Assembly: GCA_963823665.1 (NCBI GenBank)
Contig: CAWGMQ010000007.1
Location: 288,001-352,000 of the forward strand
DNA: 64,000 nucleotides
Origin: an uncultured Planctomycetota bacterium
GTDB lineage: Bacteria; Planctomycetota; Planctomycetia; Isosphaerales; Isosphaeraceae
Direction of reading: 5' to 3'
The notes below the pieces were generated by a model. That model had not been told where the DNA came from. It saw only the letters and a program-made list of their open reading frames with translations, and made no database searches. Made by a program: the position numbers and the translations under genes. The first letter of the stretch is position 1; each line of letters begins with the position of its first letter. Of this stretch, positions 11,233 to 21,100 are shown piece after piece.

Positions 11233-13066
11233 TTGTGCCGTCCGCGGTCCAGGCGCGATAGGTGAGGCGGCTCGAGGGCGGGTCAATCTCGAAGGTTTGA
11301 TAGGTCGAGACGCCGGAGCGACTCACTTCAACGTAGTCGCGCTCGGTGGTTTCGACGAATTTGTCGCCGGAAACCGCCATCAGGTAGATCGTGCCGCCGG
11401 CGGGTGCGCTGGCGCGAGCGTGGGCACGGAGAGGGTGGGTTCTCTGGTAGGCGTGGTCGTGACCCTGGAGGACGAAATCGACGTGGTGCTTATCGAAGAC
11501 CGGCACGAAGCGCTGGCGCAGGGCTGGCAGGTCTCGCCAGGGATGGGACGGGTAGATCGGGTGATGGAGCATCACGAATTTCCAGGATGCGCAGGTGCGG
11601 GCGAGGGTTGCGTCGAGCCAGTCTGCCTGTGCTTTGGCGGCGGCGGGGTCGTAGGCGGCGAGTGTGCTGTCGAGCACGGCGAAACAGGCGTCGCCGGTTT
11701 CGAAGTGGTAGACGAGGCCGGTGGCGATTCCGGCCGGGCCGTTGCCAGGGAGCTCGAAGAACGCGCGATAGAGCCGGGGCCCAGCATCGAGATACTCGTG
11801 GTTGCCGACGCAGGGCATCAGCGGCACGCGGTCGAAGACACCGGCGGCGCGGAGGAAGAAGTGATCCCAGTTGGTGCGCTCATTGCCGCGGTCGACGAGG
11901 TCGCCGGCGAGCAGAATGAAATCGGTGGCGGGGTTTTTGCGATGAGCGGCGGCGAGCAGACGGCCCCAGCTCTCGAGGCCGGTCTGGGCATCGCCCAGGT
12001 AGAGGAAGCTGACTCCGGCTTTGCGGGCGGGCGCGGTCTTGACGGTGTGCCAGGGTCCCCAGTGCGCGGGGGTGCCGTCGCCCAGGGAATAGCGGTAGAC
12101 GGTATCTGGTTCCAGCCGATCGACGGCGACGCGGTGGCGGCGGATGACGGGGTCGTTGAGCAGGTTGGGAACTTCGACGGCGGTCGACTCGCCGCAAACG
12201 ATTCGCAGGAGGTGGGGATCGTCGCCGCCGTTCGCGGGCTCTCGGGCCAGCCGGACGCAGGTTGCTTCGACGGCCGGCGACGTCGTCCAGGTCCAGACGA
12301 GCCCGGTCGCCGGGTTGGCGCCGTAGGAGATTGCGACCTGGGTCGGTTGTTCGTGGGCGACAGAGTGGGTTTTCCAGACCCGGCCCGTGGCCAGGAGCGT
12401 GCTGTGCCGGTTGCCGTGAGCGGGCTGGAGCAGAATGGCTCCGGACAGCTCGGGGGGAATCGACTTGAATGGCTTGTACACATCGCGGGCCGCGCTGCCT
12501 CCCGGAGCGGCAGGCGCGAGATTCCAGGCTGGAGCGGAGAGGGGGTCGAAAGTCACATGAAGCGGCTTGTGTGCAGGGTTGGGGTCTCGCCCCGGCGCGG
12601 GCCTGACAAAGACGACGTAGTGGGCGATTGCGGTGCGGTCGAGACCATTGACGCCCAGGCCGACGGGTCCGGTCGGGAACCTCTTGCGATAGATTTGCCA
12701 GGAGGTGTCGCCCGTCTCCAGGATAAGGTCCGTGGTTTGAAAGCCCTGGTCGGTGAGCCAGAAGGGGATCGACGCGACGGGGGCGGCGACATCGACGATG
12801 ACCGGCCTGTCGACATTGAAGCGCAGATATCCGCGCGCGAGCGCTGCGCGTTCGCCCGGTTGAAGACGGGCGAGCAGGTCTGGGCCGCGGGTGGCGAGCG
12901 CGGTCAGCTCGCGCTCCGAGCACGAGCGGCTGAGCCTCTGGCCGATCGAGCGCATCGTCACGGCGGAGGGGGGCAACGGGCCGGGGTAGGGCGAAGCGGC
13001 GTGGGCGAGGAATGCCGCCGCGATGAGGATCAGCCGGATTCGGCCGGACCGGCTCGTGGCTTCCAT
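11159..13066 (-). CDS. Secreted metallophosphoesterase (purple acid phosphatase-like, with Fn3-like domain)
   Basis: Signal peptide; GDAQ, GDLVD, GNHE, HHP and GHDH metal-binding motifs. Confidence 0.92.
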   Translation of the reverse strand: MEATSRSGRIRLILIAAAFLAHAASPYPGPLPPSAVTMRSIGQRLSRSCSERELTALATRGPDLLARLQPGERAALARGYLRFNVDRPVIVDVAAPVASIPFWLTDQGFQTTDLILETGDTSWQIYRKRFPTGPVGLGVNGLDRTAIAHYVVFVRPAPGRDPNPAHKPLHVTFDPLSAPAWNLAPAAPGGSAARDVYKPFKSIPPELSGAILLQPAHGNRHSTLLATGRVWKTHSVAHEQPTQVAISYGANPATGLVWTWTTSPAVEATCVRLAREPANGGDDPHLLRIVCGESTAVEVPNLLNDPVIRRHRVAVDRLEPDTVYRYSLGDGTPAHWGPWHTVKTAPARKAGVSFLYLGDAQTGLESWGRLLAAAHRKNPATDFILLAGDLVDRGNERTNWDHFFLRAAGVFDRVPLMPCVGNHEYLDAGPRLYRAFFELPGNGPAGIATGLVYHFETGDACFAVLDSTLAAYDPAAAKAQADWLDATLARTCASWKFVMLHHPIYPSHPWRDLPALRQRFVPVFDKHHVDFVLQGHDHAYQRTHPLRAHARASAPAGGTIYLMAVSGDKFVETTERDYVEVSRSGVSTYQTFEIDPPSSRLTYRAWTADGTIIDELSIQKAPRADLLTPDLVRSW

Positions 13067-13150
13067 GACACGAGGTCCCGAAAGTGAAAAAGCCTTCGGC
13101 GTATGCGGCCGAAGGCCATTGAGAGCACGCGACAGGTCACCGGGAAATCA

Positions 13151-13393
13151 TCAGTTCGATTCGACCGGAGACCGACCCCTGGCGAGGTTGTTGACGAGGT
13201 TGGCGGCATCCGTTGCACGCGCGAGATCAGAGTATTTTGCCACTGGCGCTGAATGCGTTTCGTCGCTGTAGACACCGACAACGGTGTACAGACCGTGCAT
13301 CTCGCCCGTGATGGCCCTGGAAAATAGACCCGACCGGATCAGAGAAGCCATGTTCTGCTGCCACAGTTGGGTTTCGGCCAGTTTCGCGGTCAT
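13151..13393 (-). CDS. Small hypothetical protein (80 aa)
   Basis: ATG preceded by AAGGGG; globular-looking sequence MTAKLAETQLWQQNMASLIRSGLF; GC-rich third codon positions. Confidence 0.7.
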   Translation of the reverse strand: MTAKLAETQLWQQNMASLIRSGLFSRAITGEMHGLYTVVGVYSDETHSAPVAKYSDLARATDAANLVNNLARGRSPVESN

Positions 13394-14015
13394 GGCGAGC
13401 CCCTTGAGTATGAAAGAAGACGCCATCCATGGACGAATCGAACGATATTGAACAGCAACACTTGAACGGCCAGGCGGATCAGAGCAAATCAATTTCCTGC
13501 GTCACCGCTTGGCCGAGTAGAAATCGAGTCTTACGAGGATTGCGATTCCTTCGCGGGCCGGATTATCCTCAATCGTTCCCCTATTGGTATAGACGAGCTT
13601 CGAATCAACATGGTTCATCACCCGTCAAACGATCGATTCACTCCGCATTCCCGCGCCGGATTCTTCATCCGCTATGATCGTCAGCGTGTCGACACGCGAC
13701 TCTCGTCGCAAGTTCATTCGCCGCGATCACTCCAGTATGGGGCAAAATTGGGGCCGTTCGTAAAAAATGAGAAAGTTCCGCAAAAATCGCGTTTCCGAGC
13801 CTGGGCTCGTGCCCAGGAGTTAAGCCACCCTGCTTCGATTGCAAGCAGCACAGTTTGCGTTTGAGAGCCGACTAGTGCAAGTGCGTCGTCGGTTATCCAC
13901 GCAATCCCATCTACTCAATAGTGCGTGCATGTAACCGTCAAAGTCAAGGGCGGGTAGACGGATTTTCAAATTGTTGTGGAATTGAAACAAGTACGTTGGA
14001 GGCATGGGGATCGAA

Positions 14016-15014
14016 TCATCCAAGAGATTGGGAGGTCAGTGCATCGCGGGCGATGGCGAGGGCACCGTGGACGACGACGGACTCGCCGAGGGTGGCGGGG
14101 ACGATGTCGTAATGTCCGCGGAAGGGTGGGAACACCTCGTCGTCGGTGAGTTTCCTGATCGGGTCGAACCAGTCCTGTTCGCCGATCAGGGAGACTCCGC
14201 CGCCGATCACGATGCGGCTTGGGGCCAGCAACGCGATGACCTGGGTCAGGGCGAACGCAAAAGAGGCACGTGCTGCTGCCAGAATGGCGGTCGCGTCGGG
14301 GTCGCCGGCGGCGGCGGCTTCGGCGACGAAGGCGGCGGTGATCTGGGTGGGGTCGCCGTGAGCCCGGGTGAGTACGAGCCAGTCCGGTTGCTGTCTCTGG
14401 AATTTTTGCACGGCGAGCTCCTTTGCGGCGGCGGCGATTGCCCAGCCGGAGGCGACGAGCTCGAGCTCGCGTACGGTGACGTCGGAGCCTCGGGAGTGAG
14501 GGACTCGAAGGTGACCGATCTCGGTTGCTCCGAGGCCGGCGCCGCGGTAAATGCGGTCATCGATGACGAGTGCGCCGCCGATGCCGCTGCCAACTGTTAT
14601 ATAGAGGAGGGGTGAATGGCCACGCCCGGCGCCAAACCGGAACTCGGCGAGGCCGGCTGCGTCTGCGTCGTTTTCGATGACGGTGGCGGGGATTTGGAGG
14701 TGTTCGCGGATCCAACCGGCCAGCGGGAAATCGTCCCAACCTTCAATCTGGTAGGATTTTTGGACGCGGCCACGAGCGGAATCAACCGGGCCGCCGAAGC
14801 CGATGCCGGCGGCCTTGATTTCATCACGTGCGAGACCGGCTTGCTGGAGCAACGGCCGGAAGGCGGTTTTGATCTGGTCGAGGATGCCGGCGGCGCCGCG
14901 GTGGGGGTCGACTTGGAGTCGGTCGAGTGCCCGGAGGGTTCCATCACCCGGCCCGATCCCGAGCTGGAGCTTGGTGCCGCCGATCTCGATGCCCAGGAGC
15001 GGGGGTTGACCCAT
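14016..15014 (-). CDS. ROK family sugar kinase
   Basis: GIEIGGTK, ENDADAAGLAE, GSGIGG and EIGH motifs. Confidence 0.92.
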   Translation of the reverse strand: MGQPPLLGIEIGGTKLQLGIGPGDGTLRALDRLQVDPHRGAAGILDQIKTAFRPLLQQAGLARDEIKAAGIGFGGPVDSARGRVQKSYQIEGWDDFPLAGWIREHLQIPATVIENDADAAGLAEFRFGAGRGHSPLLYITVGSGIGGALVIDDRIYRGAGLGATEIGHLRVPHSRGSDVTVRELELVASGWAIAAAAKELAVQKFQRQQPDWLVLTRAHGDPTQITAAFVAEAAAAGDPDATAILAAARASFAFALTQVIALLAPSRIVIGGGVSLIGEQDWFDPIRKLTDDEVFPPFRGHYDIVPATLGESVVVHGALAIARDALTSQSLG

Positions 15015-15666
15015 GCGCTTCAGCGAGCTCCTGCTGGCGCTCCTTACCTGCGGCTGCTCCTGCTCCGGCTCCGTTAAGTGAGGCCTCCTTGGCGGAGAAT
15101 CGGCGGAAGAGGTCGTCGATGATCCAGTGGAAGACAACCTGGTGGAGCGATTCGACGATTCCCATGTCGTCGATGGCGGCGTGGAGGTTGTGATGGGCGA
15201 GCGATTTGAGCTTGCCGCCTGAGAAGCCGGTGATACCGACGGTCGTGAGGCCGTGGTCATTGGCCCAGGCGACGGCCTTCAAGATATTGGGGCTGTTTCC
15301 CGAGCCCGAGATAGCGAGGAGGACATCGCCGGGCGAAGCGAGGGTTTTGAGCTGCTCGAGGAAGATGCGGTCATAGCCTTCGTCGTTGGCCCAGGCCATG
15401 ATGCCGGCGGTGTTATCGGTCAGGCTGAGGACTTTGAGCCGTTTCTGGTTTTCGAAGTCGCGGAGGGTGCACTTGGCGAGATCTTCACAGAGGTGCGACG
15501 CATTGGCCCCGGAGCCGCCGTTGCCGATGATGAAGACGAACCGGCCGTGATCGTAGGCGGTTTCGACGAGCTCAGAGACCTTCTCAATCTGGGCCGGATC
15601 GAGCTTCTCGATTTCACGGCAGACCACGGACATATATTCGGAAACGCCGAGTTTTGCACCGAGCAT
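14944..15666 (-). CDS. gmhA: SIS-domain phosphoheptose isomerase (GmhA-like)
   Basis: GNGGSGANASH, ANDEGYDRIF, ISGSGNSPNI and TGFSGG motifs. The 3' end overlaps the ROK gene, so the exact stop is uncertain. Confidence 0.8.
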   Translation of the reverse strand: MLGAKLGVSEYMSVVCREIEKLDPAQIEKVSELVETAYDHGRFVFIIGNGGSGANASHLCEDLAKCTLRDFENQKRLKVLSLTDNTAGIMAWANDEGYDRIFLEQLKTLASPGDVLLAISGSGNSPNILKAVAWANDHGLTTVGITGFSGGKLKSLAHHNLHAAIDDMGIVESLHQVVFHWIIDDLFRRFSAKEASLNGAGAGAAAGKERQQELAEAHGSTPAPGHRDRRHQAPARDRAG

Positions 15667-15988
15667 CAGTATTTCACCTGGAACGGAATGGGGCCCTGGT
15701 TGTGGGTGATTCGCTGGAGAGATCATACCCGAGTTCGAGTCGAACGGTAAAGTCGAGGGGCGGGGGTGTGGGATTGGGGGCACATCTGGGGAGGGAAGTT
15801 GTTGCGCCGTTCAAGGGCGGTTGCGCGCAAGGATGAGCGAAGAGTGGCGCGTAGCGAGGTGGGGGTCTGAGTGGCGGCTTCCGATGTTTTTGTGACATAA
15901 TGCGGTTGTATCCTGCGCACGCTCGCGATGCAGACCGCGATCCTTCGATGGATGGGGAATCACGGGGGAAGATTGGCGCGGAGACCGC

Positions 15989-17194
15989 ATGATGCCGACG
16001 AGACTGACGAAACTCCACGTGTCGAACTATCGGGCGCTAGCGGACGTGGACTTAGCGCTTGGTCCAATCAACGTGCTCTTCGGGCCCAACGGCACCGGAA
16101 AGTCAACGCTGCTCGACACGATCTGGTTTGTTCGGGATTGCGCAATTCGTGGTGTCGAAGCCGCATCAAATGCACGCGATCACGGAATAGGCTTGCTGTA
16201 TGACGGCGCGGCGGAGGGCAGCTCGATCGCTGTCGCGCTCGAGACGGAAGCGGCGCGATACGAGCTCGCGCTCGAATTCTCCGCGGGCCGCATCGAGCCT
16301 ATGGCCGGGGAGCGCCTGGAGTCGATCGTTCGTGGCAAGAAGCTGATCCAGCGTGTTGCTGGAACCGGTCGAGCCGACTTTTTCCACGTGGAGCTGGGGC
16401 AATCGGCGAACTTTGAGCTTCGCGAGCCGGAGAAGCTGAGTCTTGCCAGGTACCTCGACTACACTCGCTGCGACGAAGCGGCCGATATGGACGGCATTCT
16501 CCGGCACGTTCGGAGTTATCACTCGCGGTCGTTTCACGTTTATCAGTTAAAGAAGTATGGGTCAGAGAGCGGGTATGAGACCACGCTTTGGTCGTTTGCG
16601 AACAACTTGTGGTCGGTCATCCGCAACCTCGAAGCCAAGCGCCGCCTCGACGATCGGTATGAAACGATTCTCAGCTACATGCGGAAGGCGTTCCCTCGCT
16701 CATTCGAGGATATCGTCATCGAGCAGACGGGGCCGAACTCGCTCTATGCGAAGTTCATCGAAAAAGGTCGGCGACAGCCAATTCTGGCATCAGGCGTCTC
16801 GGATGGCCACATCCAATTGCTAATCCTTCTCACCGCGCTCTTTTCTGAAGGTCGGGACCGTTCCTCTTTTCTCCTGATCGACGAGCCGGAGACCTCGCTG
16901 CACCCTTGGGCCTTGGCGGTCTTCGCCGAGGCGATGATCGAGGTCGCTCAGCAGTGGAACAGGCAGATTCTTCTAGCCACGCACTCGCCCGTTCTGATTA
17001 GCCAGTTCGACCCCGACTCGATTCTGAGTGTCGAAACACGCGACGGCCGCGTGAGCGTCGCGCGATTAAGCGAGATTCCGGGGATCCAAGACCTGCTTGA
17101 GCAATACGCCGCTGGATCGCTCTTCATGAGTGAAATGATCGCGAGCCAAAATGCCGATCAGGTTACCCACGGCACGCCCAGAGGGGATGGGTGA
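15989..17194 (+). CDS. ABC-type (AAA_21/RecF-like) ATPase
   Basis: Walker A GPNGTGKS, signature VSDG, Walker B LLIDEPETSLHP and H-loop ATHSP. Confidence 0.92.
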   Translation: MMPTRLTKLHVSNYRALADVDLALGPINVLFGPNGTGKSTLLDTIWFVRDCAIRGVEAASNARDHGIGLLYDGAAEGSSIAVALETEAARYELALEFSAGRIEPMAGERLESIVRGKKLIQRVAGTGRADFFHVELGQSANFELREPEKLSLARYLDYTRCDEAADMDGILRHVRSYHSRSFHVYQLKKYGSESGYETTLWSFANNLWSVIRNLEAKRRLDDRYETILSYMRKAFPRSFEDIVIEQTGPNSLYAKFIEKGRRQPILASGVSDGHIQLLILLTALFSEGRDRSSFLLIDEPETSLHPWALAVFAEAMIEVAQQWNRQILLATHSPVLISQFDPDSILSVETRDGRVSVARLSEIPGIQDLLEQYAAGSLFMSEMIASQNADQVTHGTPRGDG

Positions 17195-17973
17195 TGAGTG
17201 AGGGCGGAGAGATCTCCGAGTGGCCTTTCCACAAGTTTGCGCTGTTCGTCACTGGCGATGGCGAGCGGGATTTCCTGCCGCTACTGGTCCGCCTTCTGGA
17301 GACGGACGGACATTGTCTTTTCCGTGTCGTCCACCAATTGGGCCAACGCAGTCCGATCCGCTCGAAGGCAAAGTCGTTGGAGATGGTCGGCCGGGGCAAG
17401 GAGATTCCCGATAAGGATGAGGAAATTGGGCTGAAAGCCCGTAAGTACCTCGCCGAGGGATACCATTACGTCGTGCTCATCGACGACCTCGAACATGCGC
17501 GGTCCGAGATGGCAGAGGCGGTGTATGATCGATATCGACGAGCCTTTGATGTGATGCTCAGCCCGCTCGGTCTCCAATCCAAGGCGTCGGTTCACTTCCT
17601 GGTCAACATGCTCGAAGCTTACTATTTTGCCGACGCGCAGGCTATAAACCGTGTGCTCGGCACCCAACTCGTGGATTTCGAGGGTGACGTCGAAACAATC
17701 CCTCTCCCGAAGAACCAACTCAAATCGCTTGCTTCCTCATTAGGGAAGGGGAGAAGTTTCGATGAAGTTAAAGACGGAAAGGCGATCATGCAGCAGCTCG
17801 ATGTCGCCAAGGTCCTCTCGCGACCGGAGACCTGCCGCTCGCTGAGGACGGCGTTCGCCTGGTGCAGTCGAGCAATGGGGATGCGGCCGACCGAGCGATT
17901 TCGCCTTGTCGACGGGTCGCTCTTTCCGGTCACCGCCGTGCAGCTCGATTCGCTCGCGCCCGTCTCCGGCTGA
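17191..17973 (+). CDS. DUF4276/TOPRIM-like protein, partner of the ATPase
   Basis: GTGA overlap with the ATPase; FVTGDGERDF, VLIDDLE, MLEAYYFAD, PK and C-terminal CRSL motifs. Confidence 0.7.
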   Translation: MMSEGGEISEWPFHKFALFVTGDGERDFLPLLVRLLETDGHCLFRVVHQLGQRSPIRSKAKSLEMVGRGKEIPDKDEEIGLKARKYLAEGYHYVVLIDDLEHARSEMAEAVYDRYRRAFDVMLSPLGLQSKASVHFLVNMLEAYYFADAQAINRVLGTQLVDFEGDVETIPLPKNQLKSLASSLGKGRSFDEVKDGKAIMQQLDVAKVLSRPETCRSLRTAFAWCSRAMGMRPTERFRLVDGSLFPVTAVQLDSLAPVSG

Positions 17974-18130
17974 GAGCTGAGAGGCTGCGCAAACGCCTCA
18001 TTCGCCAGTTGCCGACCAATGCGGTTTATCGCCAGCCGAGCTACAACGTTGATCATCTGGCGATGAGCGCCGTAGACTTGCACCGACCGAGTCTGATCGC
18101 CTCCTCATCGCTTCGAGGTGCGAACCCGTC

Positions 18131-21100
18131 ATGCCGATTTACACGCGTCAGTATGCCGAGGTCTTTGAGAACGCACGGGCGGCCGAGGATGCGGTCCGGC
18201 GGTATCTCACGCTCGTGGAGACTGACCTGCGGGAGACGTCGCTCTTGGCGATGGCTTCCTGGCAGGACGCGGGGATTCCTCGTGATCTCTGGAAGCCGGC
18301 GCTGCCGAATCTGTTCCGGGTGGCGGCGGGGCTTCAGGAGCCGTCGTTCGGGCGGTGGAATGGCATGCTGCACGCGCTGCGCGAGGCGCTGGCCTGCGTG
18401 GGGACGACAAGCGAGGCGGCACGGTCGCCCAGTGCGCTCATCGCCATTCTCGACTGGCTGCGGACCCCGGCCGAACTGGAGGCGATCGAATCGCTTCGGG
18501 CGCTGGCGCCGCTGCTGCACTACAGCCTGCCGGCGCGGGCGAGCCGGTGGGATGCGATCAGCCTTTCAGTCTGCCTGCGCAATCGGATCGCCCACGACGC
18601 GGCCGGGGACGAGGCGTGGTGGGCCGCGATCGTCCCCATGGTACGCTCTCTCTCCGCTTCCTTTGCGGCTGTGCCGCCATGCCTCGAACGCGAGGGGCTG
18701 GTTTATCCCCAGCCGTGGTTCCTCGAGAGGCAGGGGATCTGGCATGCCTTCAGCGGCATCCGCGGGGAATACGCTCTCTTTTCCTCCATCGGCGGACAAT
18801 CGCTCCGGGTTTCGCTCAACGAGACGGAGCTGATCGATGCGTTCCAGCAGTTGCTCGGCCAGGCCGAGCTTCAGCAGTCTTCGTTTCGAGAGCTGATGAA
18901 GCGACTCGCCCCGGAGGAGCACAAGGGGGTGCTCGTCGGCGACTTTTTGCTCGGTCCGCCGGCCGCGGAAGGGGGGTTTGCGGTCGTGCACCGCGGCTAC
19001 CAGCTCAGCATCGAGCGAAAGGTTGCTCTCAAGGTCTTCCCGGATGCGCTCACGCAGTCGAAGCGGGCGCTCTTGCGGAGGGAAGCCGAACGGCTGGGTG
19101 CGTTCAATTCGCCGGAGATCGTCCGGCTGATCGGCTTCTACGAGGAGATTCCCTGGACCGCACCGCGCGAGATCAGCCTGACGGGTGAAGCATGGTTCGA
19201 GGCGCTCAAGAAGGGATCCGGATTCAAAACGTTCCTGGCTATGGAGTGGGTCGGCGGCGAGGATCTTGCGGCGGTCATCGACCGTCCGGCCGCGAATCGG
19301 CCCCCGATCGACGTTCTGATCGGCTGGTTTGAGACGAGCGCCCTTGCGCTGGCGAAGGTGCATGCCGCGGGGCTGACCCATATGGATGTGACTCCGAACA
19401 ACATCCGGGTCACGCCCGAGGGGCAGATCAAGCTGATGGATTTCGGGATCGCGCGCAGCGAGACCGAGCGCCAGGACTTGATGACCCGCACGAGACTGGG
19501 CGTCGGCACGCCGGCCTACATGGCTGCGGAGCAATTTGACGACCAGGGCAACCGTCAATCGGATGTTTATTCGCTTTGTGCCACGTTTTATGAGTCGTTC
19601 ACCGGCCGCCGGCTGTATGACCACGATCGGATCGACCTTCAGGAAGTGAATCGCCGGAAGCGGGAGGGAATCGCGCCTGAGTCACCTCGGAGCATTCGGT
19701 CCGAGATTCCGTGGGAGGTCGAGACGCTTCTTCTCGGGGGCTTGCATGTCGAGCCGGGGCTCCGGCCCACGAGCCGGCAGGTCGCCGACGATTTGCGGCG
19801 AATCATCGAGAATCGGCCGATCAAGTACCGGCGGCCGCCGCTGCATCGCCGGGTGCGGCTGTGGTATCGCCGGCACCAGGCGGCGGTTCGGGTGGCGGCG
19901 CCAGCCTTGGCTGGGCTGTTGTTCGTGGCGATCGTGCTTGGGGTTTTCTGGCGGGGAGCTGAGAGGCGATCGGGCGAGCTGGGGAAAGAGGTTGGCACGC
20001 TTGCAAAGAAGGCGGAATCCGAGTCAAAACGGGCGGAAACGGAGGCCGGGAGGGCGAAAGACCAGGAACGGCTCAAGTTCTTGCAGCAATACATCGCCGA
20101 TATGAGGCTGTTGCCGGGGTGGTGGAAGGACGCCCGCGTGGACCTCATTCGCGACCGATTACGGCCGTATGCCACCGCGGCCACCTACGATCCTCGCGGG
20201 TTTGAGTGGTATTACTGGGACCGCCTGGTGAGCGCGGCAAGCGCGACTTGGAAGCCCGAGGATCGGACCCGTTCGCTCGACTGGTCTGCTGACGGCAAGA
20301 CGCTCTATGCGGCGGACGTGAAAGGGCGGGTACTCGCCTGGAACCGCGCAACCGCGGAGAGCCGGCAGGTTCGCGGCGCGGGCTCGGGTGCGATCGCGGT
20401 GACCTCCGCTCCGAGCGGTTCGAAGCTTGCGATCACGACTGCTGCGATCAGGCGCACGGCGGGCGAGCCGCCGGAGTCGTCGTCGATCGAGATCATTGAC
20501 ACGGAGACGGGCGGCGAGCTGCGCAAGATCACGACACGGGGGTTTGGCTTCCGAGCCGCGGCGTTCGGCCCGAACGGCCGGCGAATCGTGACGAGCGATG
20601 TCGCGACCAATCTTTGGGTGTGGGATGCCGTGAGCGGGAAGCCCGAGGTCGACCTGGTGCACAACCCGAACGCACGCCGGGACTTGACGAACCCGATGGA
20701 GGTGCTTGGCGCCCACGACCCGCATCAAGGGCCGGTGCACGCGCTGGCGTTCAGTCCGGTCGATGCGACCGTGGTTGCCAGCGGCGGCGACGATGGGGCG
20801 ATCGGGCTCTGGAACACTCGAACCGGGCGGCACCTGGGATGGCTCGGCGAGCGACGCGGCAGTGTGGCCTCAGTCTCCTTCAGCCGTGACGGCACGAAGC
20901 TGGTGAGCCACTCGCTGCCAAGACCGGCCGGTCAGTTCCATCGCGTGGCGATCCCCGCGGAAATCGACGTCTGGCGAGTGCAATCGCATGAGCGGATTCG
21001 GCGGATTGAACTGGCCGATGAGTACGAGGGTATCACGTCCGACGGGTTCTCGATTCGCAAGGGGAACTTTCGCGCCGACTTCGTGGGAGACGATCGTTTG

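Noticed and set aside
3273..13087. Long antisense ORFs (3273-5072 -, 9480-10988 -, 11297-13087 +)
   Set aside because: These are shadow ORFs opposite well-supported genes, as expected in high-GC DNA.
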